A stretch of DNA of 47,909 nt from a virus: UHGV virus genome UHGV-2125804, one strand, 5' to 3'. Positions within the stretch are counted from its first letter, which is position 1. Every line of letters starts with the position of its first letter. This document shows, in pieces, positions 1 through 7,599 of this stretch. Under the pieces are notes generated by a model. That model had not been told where the DNA came from, did not search any database, and worked only from the letters and a program-made list of their open reading frames with translations. A program made the translations under genes and the position numbers.

Positions 1-58
1 CATATTCAAATGCAATAAGTATTGTTCATCACCTAAATGAGAGAGAGCAGGTAAGAGA

Positions 59-226
59 ATGATCAATAAAAAATATAAAACAATTTATCCGAGTATTGTT
101 CCAAAAGGATCAATTGGAACTTGCGTGGATGTTGAGATCGGAGTTCTTATAGCCTTTCGGCTTGAGTTTGAGAATGGTGAATCTCTGTGGTTCATGAAAC
201 GGGACTTGGAGGAGGTGGCGGAATGA
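59..226 (+). CDS. hypothetical small protein (55 aa)
   Basis: ATG ORF; its last codons (..LEEVAE) encode GGAGGAGGTGG, which is the RBS of the next gene; stop overlaps the next ATG (ATGA). Confidence 0.3.
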   Translation: MINKKYKTIYPSIVPKGSIGTCVDVEIGVLIAFRLEFENGESLWFMKRDLEEVAE

Positions 227-489
227 GTAAAGAAGCAGAGTTAATCAGAAAAGAAATATCTCGGTTAGAGTTTTTTGAACCTACAGATGAAAGCCAAGAC
301 CGTTATGACGGCATAATGAAGGGGCTAGAGGAAGCTTTAAAACTTGTCGAGTCACTTTGTTGGGATGAAGATGATATCATCGAAATTCTTTGTGATTTCC
401 ATAATGAATACTTAGTTGCGGATGATTCTGAATTATCTGAGATAGAAACTGAGTATGCACATAAAATTATTGATTTAGTTACAGATTAG
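223..489 (+). CDS. hypothetical acidic protein (88 aa)
   Basis: Track ORF 187..489; internal ATG at 223 preceded by GGAGGAGGTGG is the likely start. Confidence 0.45.
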   Translation: MSKEAELIRKEISRLEFFEPTDESQDRYDGIMKGLEEALKLVESLCWDEDDIIEILCDFHNEYLVADDSELSEIETEYAHKIIDLVTD

Positions 490-521
490 ATCCGGTAACC
501 GAAGCGATAAAGGAGGAATTT

Positions 522-746
522 ATGTTTAAGAAAACTAATGGGAAAAGGCGCTGGCGTAGAATCTGTAAGCTTGATGGCTATTGCAGGAAAGATATTAAGT
601 TTTACTCAGAGTATGAGCGAGAGCGGCAAAAAGAGTGGTTAAAAGATAATTGTGGTCAATGGCATGGAAATGCATGCTGGAAACAGCATTGCGATAGCTC
701 ATTGAACAGGCAGCGATTATTTCGAAGCCATAGAGGAGGTTTATGA
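522..746 (+). CDS. hypothetical basic Cys/His-rich protein
   Basis: ORF with AAAGGAGG RBS; no recognisable family. Confidence 0.45.
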   Translation: MFKKTNGKRRWRRICKLDGYCRKDIKFYSEYERERQKEWLKDNCGQWHGNACWKQHCDSSLNRQRLFRSHRGGL

Positions 747-965
747 ATGGGAAATAAAGAATGTAAATTTTGCAAACATGGAGAACCGTTAAACGATACA
801 GCTAACTCTAATTTCGCAATTACGATTGATTTACACGAAGATGGAGGGTGTATAGAAGTCGAATACGACGATTCGTACGAATCAGATTGGACAGCTCCAT
901 CTATCAATTATTGCCCTATGTGTGGACGGAAATTGGAGGTGGAAGGCAATGATACCGAAGTTTAG
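747..965 (+). CDS. zinc-ribbon protein (CxxC...CxxC)
   Basis: CKFCKHG...CPMCGRK motifs; GAGGAGG RBS. Confidence 0.5.
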   Translation: MGNKECKFCKHGEPLNDTANSNFAITIDLHEDGGCIEVEYDDSYESDWTAPSINYCPMCGRKLEVEGNDTEV

Positions 966-1344
966 AGCGTGGGATAAACGAAAACAGCTTATGCGAGAAG
1001 TTGCAGTTTTGCATTTTAATAAAAATGGAAACGTCAGCGGAATTGAGTACTGGAAAACACCGTATGATTTGCAATCGATTCATGCGAATTATATCAACGT
1101 AATGCAATCAACAGGAATGGAAGACAAAAACGGCGTTGAGATTTATGAAGGAGATATTGTCCTTTTTACAATAGAAGATGGGTTCGACTATGTATATGGT
1201 AAGCCGGGAAGAATTAATTTGTCCCTACAATGGGGTGCTGGAGTAAGAGCAATTTCGAGTGGGAATTATCCATTAAGAAAATGTAGGGAAGTGAGAATCA
1301 TCGGCAACATCTATGAAAATCCAGAACTATTGGAGGTGAAGTAA
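949..1344 (+). CDS. YopX-family phage protein
   Basis: Starts MIPKFRAWDK, ends IGNIYENPELLEVK, as in the YopX family; start set at the internal ATG with GGAGGTGGAAGG RBS. Confidence 0.7.
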   Translation: MIPKFRAWDKRKQLMREVAVLHFNKNGNVSGIEYWKTPYDLQSIHANYINVMQSTGMEDKNGVEIYEGDIVLFTIEDGFDYVYGKPGRINLSLQWGAGVRAISSGNYPLRKCREVRIIGNIYENPELLEVK

Positions 1345-1805
1345 TGTTACCGAAATTTAGAGAGTGGGACCCAGTGAGACAAAAGATACACGGAAAAGGA
1401 ATGTCCTATAGTGTCAGAGAAGAATTTGATGACAGTGTAAATTTTAGGTTTGATCACGAGGAAGATTTGGATTATACAACAAGGCTTAATGAAACGGATC
1501 GGAATGGAACGCCATATAGAAATCTGATGATGTCGACTGGATTGATGGACAAGAATGGTACTGAGATTTACGAAGGGGATATTGTACACATTTTGGATTC
1601 CGAGCAGATCAATCAAAGAGATGAAAACGGCGCATATATTGATGCCTTCTTCGAAGAAATAGATGAAATTGATTCTGTTGTATTTGTTGATGGATATTTC
1701 AAGTTGAAGAGAACCGGTTTTGATGTATGTATCTGTAGATCAGTTGAAGACTTTAAAATTATCGGCAACATCTACGAGAATCCAGAGTTATTGGAGGTGG
1801 AATAA
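1344..1805 (+). CDS. YopX-family phage protein (paralog)
   Basis: MLPKFREWD...EIYEGDIV...IIGNIYENPELLEVE; paralog of the previous gene. Confidence 0.7.
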   Translation: MLPKFREWDPVRQKIHGKGMSYSVREEFDDSVNFRFDHEEDLDYTTRLNETDRNGTPYRNLMMSTGLMDKNGTEIYEGDIVHILDSEQINQRDENGAYIDAFFEEIDEIDSVVFVDGYFKLKRTGFDVCICRSVEDFKIIGNIYENPELLEVE

Positions 1806-2111
1806 ATGTTAGACATGAAAATATTTGATTATCGAATTACTAGCGATTCACGTCAAGTGATTTTGAGTAAAGCGCTGAGAAATGAAGATGGAGAACTGTA
1901 TGAAAGAAAAACTCCTAAAGGCAAAATGGAAGAGGCTCGCAGTGTTATTGGCTACTATTCTAATGTCAGCAAGGCTTTAATCGGCTTACAACGCGATTAT
2001 GTGTTACATGGCGACAAGCCTATTAACGACATCAAAACATATAAAGAAGAGCTAGAAACGATTACTAAGGCGTGTGAGGATAGATTAAACATGGGAGAAC
2101 CATTTAATTAA
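1806..2111 (+). CDS. hypothetical protein
   Basis: ORF translationally coupled to upstream gene (TAAATG). Confidence 0.5.
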   Translation: MLDMKIFDYRITSDSRQVILSKALRNEDGELYERKTPKGKMEEARSVIGYYSNVSKALIGLQRDYVLHGDKPINDIKTYKEELETITKACEDRLNMGEPFN

Positions 2112-2153
2112 TCCGCTAACGTCGCCTATCATGTAGGTTTAGGAGGGATAGAA

Positions 2154-2360
2154 ATGAACACAACAGAGGCTGTAATTAGAATCATTTCGTTTATCATTAC
2201 GTGGCGTTTAGTCGCTTATATATACAAATCGTACAACAAAAAAATAAGCGAGTTGAGTAAACGAATGAAAACGTTGGAGACACAAAACGAGATATACATT
2301 GATTTTATTATGAAATTGAATGATCTTTTGAATAAACGTGATACCCAAGATACAGATTGA
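2154..2360 (+). CDS. small membrane/coiled-coil protein
   Basis: N-terminal hydrophobic helix; RBS AGGAGGGATAG. Confidence 0.45.
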   Translation: MNTTEAVIRIISFIITWRLVAYIYKSYNKKISELSKRMKTLETQNEIYIDFIMKLNDLLNKRDTQDTD

Positions 2361-2373
2361 TGGAGGCGATAGA

Positions 2374-2547
2374 ATGAAACTAAAAGAACTAATTGAGCAT
2401 CATACGCTAAAAGTTATTTTATGCGGCCACTGCGAATGTGGAGAACGCAAGTATGATTTGATAACAGATCATAATCTCGCTTATCCGCCAATTCATGAAT
2501 CGACTATTCTAGAAGTTAAGCCAGAGTTGTTGGAGGTGGAAGGATGA
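2374..2547 (+). CDS. hypothetical protein (C-terminus ..PELLEVEG)
   Basis: Track ORF 2338..2547; ATG 2374 with GGAGG RBS preferred. Confidence 0.4.
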   Translation: MKLKELIEHHTLKVILCGHCECGERKYDLITDHNLAYPPIHESTILEVKPELLEVEG

Positions 2548-2786
2548 TCATCCAAAGTAGTAAGAAACTGTCGAAATGTACCAAAGAAGAATTAGTTCTT
2601 TTACTCAGAGGTGAAGTAGAAAATCGATCGAAATTGATAAAGCTACTAGAAAAGGAATGGGACCAACATAATGAGGAAATCGAAGATCAAAGATTTCCCA
2701 ATTATCAAAGTCCTGAAAAGGTATCTTTTTTGGCCGGAATGGAAACAGCGATTAATTCAGTCAAAAGATTTTATGAAATTAAGTAG
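2544..2786 (+). CDS. hypothetical protein
   Basis: ORF overlapping upstream stop (ATGA), RBS GGAGGTGGAAGG. Confidence 0.45.
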   Translation: MIIQSSKKLSKCTKEELVLLLRGEVENRSKLIKLLEKEWDQHNEEIEDQRFPNYQSPEKVSFLAGMETAINSVKRFYEIK

Positions 2787-2820
2787 ATCCGGCAACGTCG
2801 CCAATAGAGGAGGGATTTGA

Positions 2821-3279
2821 ATGGCAACATTATTGTTAATTATTTGTATTGCAATTACGGTTGTTGGAATATTGTTAATGAATGAGTGGGATTACGATCT
2901 GTTGGGCTATATTTTATTAATCTTGGGATTAGTATCAGCGATAGTTTTCGGAATAAATGTAGTAGCTAACATGGACGAAGTGGCTTCTGGCAAAGTCATC
3001 AATCAAAAAATATCGATGTATCAAACAGAAAACAGGAATATAGAAGAGCAAGTCGATACACTAGTTAAAGAATACATGGAGCATGAGGATAATACATTTG
3101 AAAATGCTAGATCAAAAGACACTATGACGCTTGTGTCGTTGTATCCAGAATTAAAATCAGATTCTTTAGTCAAAGAGCAAATCAGCGTATACAACAAAAA
3201 TAATGCTCAAATCAAAAAACTTAAAGAGAAAAAGATTGACGTTTCAGTAGCTAAATGGTGGCTATATTTTGGGAAATAA
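2821..3279 (+). CDS. membrane protein (2 TM helices + coiled coil)
   Basis: Hydrophobic N-terminus, RBS GAGGAGGG. Confidence 0.5.
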   Translation: MATLLLIICIAITVVGILLMNEWDYDLLGYILLILGLVSAIVFGINVVANMDEVASGKVINQKISMYQTENRNIEEQVDTLVKEYMEHEDNTFENARSKDTMTLVSLYPELKSDSLVKEQISVYNKNNAQIKKLKEKKIDVSVAKWWLYFGK

Positions 3280-3305
3280 TTAATTGAACAACGGGGGAAG
3301 AATGA

Positions 3306-3719
3306 TTGAGTAGAAATGATTATCTCATAAACGAATTAGACAGGAAGTTTGCGAATTACCCGAATTACAATAGAGAAATCGCGATTCGAAAAGAAGAACT
3401 AAAAATGAAAGAGGCTGATGAGAACATTGGTGGCGGCAAAGGAAATATTCGCAGTAATCCAGTTGAAGAACAGGTGATTAAAGAGTTATCTGATCCATAT
3501 ATTGTTAATCGTCAGCTTTGGAAGAAGTGCGTCAAGGAGACATTGTCTGAGCAGGATGATGATGTCCGTAGATTAATGGAACTAAAATATTGGGGCTCAG
3601 ATAGTTGGATGGATTGGGCTTCGTTTGGAAAGAAACATGGTTATAGTAAACCTACAATTTATCGAATCAGACAAAAAGTTTTATTCTCCTTTGCACGAAA
3701 AATAGGTGAAATAAATTAA
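3306..3719 (+). CDS. arpU: ArpU-family phage late transcriptional regulator
   Basis: ~137 aa, TTG start after GGGGGAAG RBS; sits just upstream of the packaging module as ArpU/RinA-type activators usually do; resembles the ArpU family. Confidence 0.65.
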   Translation: MSRNDYLINELDRKFANYPNYNREIAIRKEELKMKEADENIGGGKGNIRSNPVEEQVIKELSDPYIVNRQLWKKCVKETLSEQDDDVRRLMELKYWGSDSWMDWASFGKKHGYSKPTIYRIRQKVLFSFARKIGEIN

Positions 3720-4140
3720 TTTGAGACAAAAACGTGTAGTTGTCTCACTGTCAACCCCTATAAAATGATAGAGTAGATAATCCATCAAGCAGACGACCCA
3801 ACCTAACTTTATTGGCATGAAGTTTCTCCTTATACCTCTTAACATACAAACGTCTAGCTTGGTGGATTTAATGGCGGCACAACAAAAAATAAATGATGAA
3901 TGGAGTTGAAAAGCTTCATTTCTTTTAAAGTTCACGTGCCGTCTTTATGTCACTGTGGCGGAAAGGCCATCAGATCAGTTGCAACGCTGACAGTGACTTA
4001 GACGAAAGGTAGCTTAAATATTAACCACATCAACATCGTCAGCGAGTTGATAAAGGTAACTAGCAGACTCTAGGATTTAAGCCAGTCTTACCGATTAGTC
4101 TGTTATAGTAGCAAGCTTGCTAGAGGTAGCTCCTCCGAGT

Positions 4141-4216
4141 TGACGTGTAGCATTATTGGTGATGCGTCTGACTGTTAGAGTTGGAAATGAGGTCGGTTCG
4201 AATCTGGCCGCGTCAA
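4141..4216 (+). ncRNA. tRNA-like element (possible degenerate or pseudo tRNA)
   Basis: 7-bp acceptor stem TGACGTG/CGCGTCA 75 nt apart; D stem GCAT/ATGC with GG loop; T arm GTCGG-TTCGAAT-CTGGC; the anticodon arm does not fold canonically. Confidence 0.2.
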
Positions 4217-4296
4217 TTAATGCAACCGAGGATAGAAGTGGTACGTGGAGGATCAGCACGATGACCGTGCTATGTAGGTTGCTTAATACATAATCA

Positions 4297-4323
4297 AGAT
4301 CGCTTAGGCGGTCTTTTTATTTT
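4297..4323 (+). terminator. intrinsic terminator
   Basis: AGATCGC-TTAG-GCGGTCT stem followed by TTTTTATTTT. Confidence 0.5.
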
Positions 4324-4337
4324 AGCGAGGTGTCTGT

Positions 4338-4496
4338 ATGAATGAGTTGATAGAAAATAGAAAAAGATTTTTAAAGGTAGAAGTATTACCATTTTGGAAA
4401 AGATGGAAGTGCCAGCACGATTATGTCTATCTTGGCATTGATAATCAACATAAGATTTTCGGATGTATGAAATGTGGAAAGATAGATAATAGGTAG
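4338..4496 (+). CDS. small zinc-finger-like protein (52 aa)
   Basis: ATG after GAGGTG RBS; C..H...C..C pattern; below the track length cutoff. Confidence 0.4.
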   Translation: MNELIENRKRFLKVEVLPFWKRWKCQHDYVYLGIDNQHKIFGCMKCGKIDNR

Positions 4497-4497
4497 A

Positions 4498-4526
4498 TCA
4501 CTCATCGCGAGTGGTCTTTTTATTTT
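4498..4526 (+). terminator. intrinsic terminator
   Basis: TCACTC-ATCGC-GAGTGG stem followed by TCTTTTTATTTT. Confidence 0.55.
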
Positions 4527-4544
4527 GGTCAAGGAGCGATTGAA

Positions 4545-4733
4545 ATGGAAAAAGAGCACAATAATAAATTAGGTCTTTTAAGTATTTTGACAATTATCTT
4601 TGTTATAGCTAAGTTGCTTGGATTAATCCATTGGAGTTGGCTGTTAGTATTTGCGCCGACTTTGATTGGCATAGGTGTATGGATTTTGATTATGTTAGTG
4701 GCGTTAATCATTGCGGTAGTATCAGATAAATAA
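4545..4733 (+). CDS. small two-TM membrane protein
   Basis: RBS AAGGAG; highly hydrophobic 62 aa. Confidence 0.45.
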   Translation: MEKEHNNKLGLLSILTIIFVIAKLLGLIHWSWLLVFAPTLIGIGVWILIMLVALIIAVVSDK

Positions 4734-4777
4734 AATATTAACAGTTTATTTATGAAGCTTTTTGAGGAGTGATTTAA

Positions 4778-4954
4778 ATGTATAGACCACAATATTTAGA
4801 ACGAAAATATGAAGTAACTAGCATATATGCAGATTCTAATACTGTTCCATATCTTACAATTCGAACACCGATTAAAAGAAATACATATAAACGTAAAGAA
4901 AACAATGAAATCACTAGGCGATACGGAAGAAAGATACATCGAAGAAAGGACTGA
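4778..4954 (+). CDS. small basic protein (58 aa)
   Basis: ATG with GAGGAG RBS; competes with the overlapping track ORF 4827..5030. Confidence 0.3.
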   Translation: MYRPQYLERKYEVTSIYADSNTVPYLTIRTPIKRNTYKRKENNEITRRYGRKIHRRKD

Positions 4955-4959
4955 TCCAA

Positions 4960-5163
4960 TTGAGAAACTACTGGTACTTGTCATTGTGTGGAAGCTATCC
5001 GCAACGATCCATGTCAGCGCAGATAGCTAAACGCTACACGATAGTCGAGCTGACAGATGAAGCAACACCACAAGAGATTGATCAGTACAAGTTAGTCTTA
5101 GTTGGTATCGGTTGGTTTAATGACAAACACATTCAAGAGAATATAAAGAGGTGGCTGAGATGA
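4960..5163 (+). CDS. hypothetical protein
   Basis: TTG-start ORF; start uncertain (alternative ATG 5011). Confidence 0.35.
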   Translation: MRNYWYLSLCGSYPQRSMSAQIAKRYTIVELTDEATPQEIDQYKLVLVGIGWFNDKHIQENIKRWLR

Positions 5164-5348
5164 CATACTTTGATTACTTGCAACAGTGCTTTATTCACGC
5201 AAGAGACAAATTACCGAACGCATACACTGTGGATGATGTAGCTATATATGTATTGAAGACAGAGAGTCATAGCAGTCCTGAATATGATAACAAGGAGCAA
5301 ACACTTGCATGGTTTAGATTCTTTAAATGGATTAAGGAGGAAGAGTAA
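5151..5348 (+). CDS. hypothetical protein
   Basis: RBS AAGAGGTGG, overlaps upstream stop. Confidence 0.45.
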   Translation: MAEMTYFDYLQQCFIHARDKLPNAYTVDDVAIYVLKTESHSSPEYDNKEQTLAWFRFFKWIKEEE

Positions 5349-5944
5349 TGAGGTTAGTAGATTACATTCAAGAAGGATACAACATAGTGACATCTCTATC
5401 CACGGGAAGAAAGATTAAGGATGCCTATCCTGATGTCCTTGTATTTACAGATATGGCTTTCGATGGAATACCGTGTGAGAAGTTATTAGTAGACCGGTAC
5501 TATGCTAATCATTCAGCGGTTATCAGCGCCAAACCATTGCAGAAAGCATTTGCCGTTGAAATGTTTACTCATGATTTCGTTGGAATTGAACCGATAATTC
5601 CCTTGACCAGCAATACAAGGGAACGTGTAATGAAGGCAATGCAAAAGAGTGTAGATGAGCTAATTACTAAGAGTCCCACGAACTTGCTTGAAATCAAACT
5701 AAAGGATACCGATTCTGTACCTGAAGTCTGGTATCGAGGCAAACGGGTGGACGAGATGCCCAACGGATTAGTCGATGCATATATACACTGGCATACATGC
5801 GAAGCGGATAAACCAACTGAGTTAGTGGCTAGTCTTGAGTATGTCGAAGGTACTGATATAGACGCTAAGAGGGTAGAAGTATACATCGATGAAGAAGGAG
5901 AGCGCGGAAGCTTTAACTTATTGAAAGATGAAATAGATGACTGA
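5348..5944 (+). CDS. hypothetical protein (198 aa)
   Basis: RBS AAGGAGGAAG, coupled to upstream stop. Confidence 0.55.
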   Translation: MRLVDYIQEGYNIVTSLSTGRKIKDAYPDVLVFTDMAFDGIPCEKLLVDRYYANHSAVISAKPLQKAFAVEMFTHDFVGIEPIIPLTSNTRERVMKAMQKSVDELITKSPTNLLEIKLKDTDSVPEVWYRGKRVDEMPNGLVDAYIHWHTCEADKPTELVASLEYVEGTDIDAKRVEVYIDEEGERGSFNLLKDEIDD

Positions 5945-6251
5945 ATCCAGACCGCGAGACGAGATAGACAAACTATACAAGACCAATAGATGGCGTAAAC
6001 TTCGCAAGGTTATAATTGCTCGTGACTACGGACTGTGCCAAGAGTGCAAGCGTAGAGACCTAGTTAGAAGAGGAGTAGTAGTACATCACATCATAGAAGC
6101 AAGAGAAGATATATCAAAGTTCTGGGATGAGGACAACCTAGAGCTTGTGTGTCTTGCTTGCCATAATAAAGATCATCCTGAAAGATCAGGAGGAGAAAAG
6201 AAAGTAAAAACAAAGAGAAAGGTTGTGAAGTTCTATGCTACTAAAGAATAG
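5937..6251 (+). CDS. HNH homing endonuclease, packaging-associated
   Basis: CQECKRR...HHI...CHNKDH HNH motif; position immediately upstream of terS/terL. Confidence 0.8.
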   Translation: MTESRPRDEIDKLYKTNRWRKLRKVIIARDYGLCQECKRRDLVRRGVVVHHIIEAREDISKFWDEDNLELVCLACHNKDHPERSGGEKKVKTKRKVVKFYATKE

Positions 6252-6462
6252 CAACGAACAAATTGAATGGCTAGAAAAAGTTATTGATACTTTAGAAAAA
6301 GTGAAGGATCAAGCTAAAGAAAATACGTCTCAACTTGATCAATGTGAGTACACAGCTTCAAACTCTATGCCGAACACCTTTGGAGAAACTGAGCACAGGA
6401 TAGACTTGATGCTCATGTTCACTGACAAGAGTAGCCCCCCTACCTCGAAAAGTAAAAACTGA
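6235..6462 (+). CDS. hypothetical protein
   Basis: ORF overlapping the HNH gene end. Confidence 0.45.
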   Translation: MLLKNSNEQIEWLEKVIDTLEKVKDQAKENTSQLDQCEYTASNSMPNTFGETEHRIDLMLMFTDKSSPPTSKSKN

Positions 6463-6517
6463 AGTGGCGCAAGACCGGTGCACTCCTTCCTTTACAGTTT
6501 TACCGCTTTTCAAGTTT

Positions 6518-7081
6518 TTATAAATTTATCTTTTGATGTTCATGAAGTGCATATTTAACTGAATCTAGCATACTGTCTGAGGCAACCTCAAGTTTTATGT
6601 CAGGAATTTTTTCTAGCCTGTCGAAATTCAGTTTGAAAGTGGAAGAATAATACCTGTCACTTTGTCGTTTCTTTTTTAAATTATTGTTTTCGTGATCAAA
6701 TAGCAAATCAGCGTATTCAATAGAAATTTCTAATGATTTGGGGCGTTCATCCTCAAATAAACCAGCATAAGTCATTTGCCCAGGCATTATTTCAAAACCA
6801 ATTAAATCATTTAAGAAATTTGTTGTTTCGGGATCTAATTTTTCTGAGAAAGATATTTTGCGAATGATAGCTGGTGTTTTTCCAAAATTCTTAATTATTA
6901 AATATTCTGAATAATAACCATTAGCAATCATTCCAGCATAAATTGCGATTTGAGGTCTATTAGCTTCCAAAATAGATTTTTCTGTTAAATTTATAGATTT
7001 TTTTGACTGAAATATTGCTACTAAAGAAAAAATACAAGAAAAAAATAGTGTTAACACCTGAATGATTTCTGATAAAGACAT
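6518..7081 (-). CDS. membrane-anchored protein, paralog of 38626..39129 (candidate superinfection-exclusion or abortive-infection moron)
   Basis: Opposite strand inside the late operon; start at ATG 7081 with AGGAGG RBS (track ORF extends to 7168); N-terminal TM helix; shares RPQ..Y....II.NF...PA motif with the 38626..39129 product. Confidence 0.55.
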   Translation of the reverse strand: MSLSEIIQVLTLFFSCIFSLVAIFQSKKSINLTEKSILEANRPQIAIYAGMIANGYYSEYLIIKNFGKTPAIIRKISFSEKLDPETTNFLNDLIGFEIMPGQMTYAGLFEDERPKSLEISIEYADLLFDHENNNLKKKRQSDRYYSSTFKLNFDRLEKIPDIKLEVASDSMLDSVKYALHEHQKINL

Positions 7082-7143
7082 TTTCAAATTAGTCCTCCTT
7101 TTTTGATAGTAATAATATAGCATGTTTGAAAGAAGGTGATAAG

Positions 7144-7599
7144 ATGCCACAACCAGCAAAAAGCGCAAAACTTCAGTTATTGCAAAAGAATCCGAACAAA
7201 AAGAATGTGAAAGAACTTAAAAAAAGAGCTGAAGCAGAAGAACGCCTTCAAATGAAGAGTGACAATATCCGAGCCCCAGAGTGGTTAAACGAAACCGCTG
7301 TGAGGGCTTTCAATTTTCTCAAAGATGAATTGCTGGAAATTGATTTGATTACCAATGGTGATATCTACCCATTAGCGATGTATTGTTACTGGTACGCTGA
7401 ACACATGAATCTCCAAGCTCAGGCAGCATTGACGCAAGCAGAAAATCCAGAAGCAATTGGAAATCCATTAATAAAACAGCTGGATACATGTTCAAAAAAT
7501 ATGCGTTCATTCGGTAGTGACTTAGGCTTATCGCCTTCTGCTAGAGCAAAACTGGCGATTAAGTTGTCACAAGACGATGGTGATGATGAATGGACTTAA
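7144..7599 (+). CDS. terS: terminase small subunit (P27 family)
   Basis: MPQPAKSAK... and overall P27-family TerS character; RBS GAAGGTGA; overlaps terL start. Confidence 0.75.
   Translation: MPQPAKSAKLQLLQKNPNKKNVKELKKRAEAEERLQMKSDNIRAPEWLNETAVRAFNFLKDELLEIDLITNGDIYPLAMYCYWYAEHMNLQAQAALTQAENPEAIGNPLIKQLDTCSKNMRSFGSDLGLSPSARAKLAIKLSQDDGDDEWT

Larger units (their letters stand above)
3720..4337 (+). other. structured non-coding region, candidate ncRNA locus
   Basis: No credible ORF on either strand in a gene-dense phage; 12-bp stem hairpin 3949..3997; tRNA-like element 4141..4216; ends at an intrinsic terminator 4297..4323. Confidence 0.35.

Noticed and set aside
3681-3935. 84-aa minus-strand ORF overlapping the ArpU 3' end and the non-coding region
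   Set aside because: No RBS, overlaps a confident gene. Region better explained as a structured RNA locus.
4529-4792. 87-aa minus-strand ORF
   Set aside because: Antisense to three RBS-supported plus-strand small genes. Low-complexity translation.
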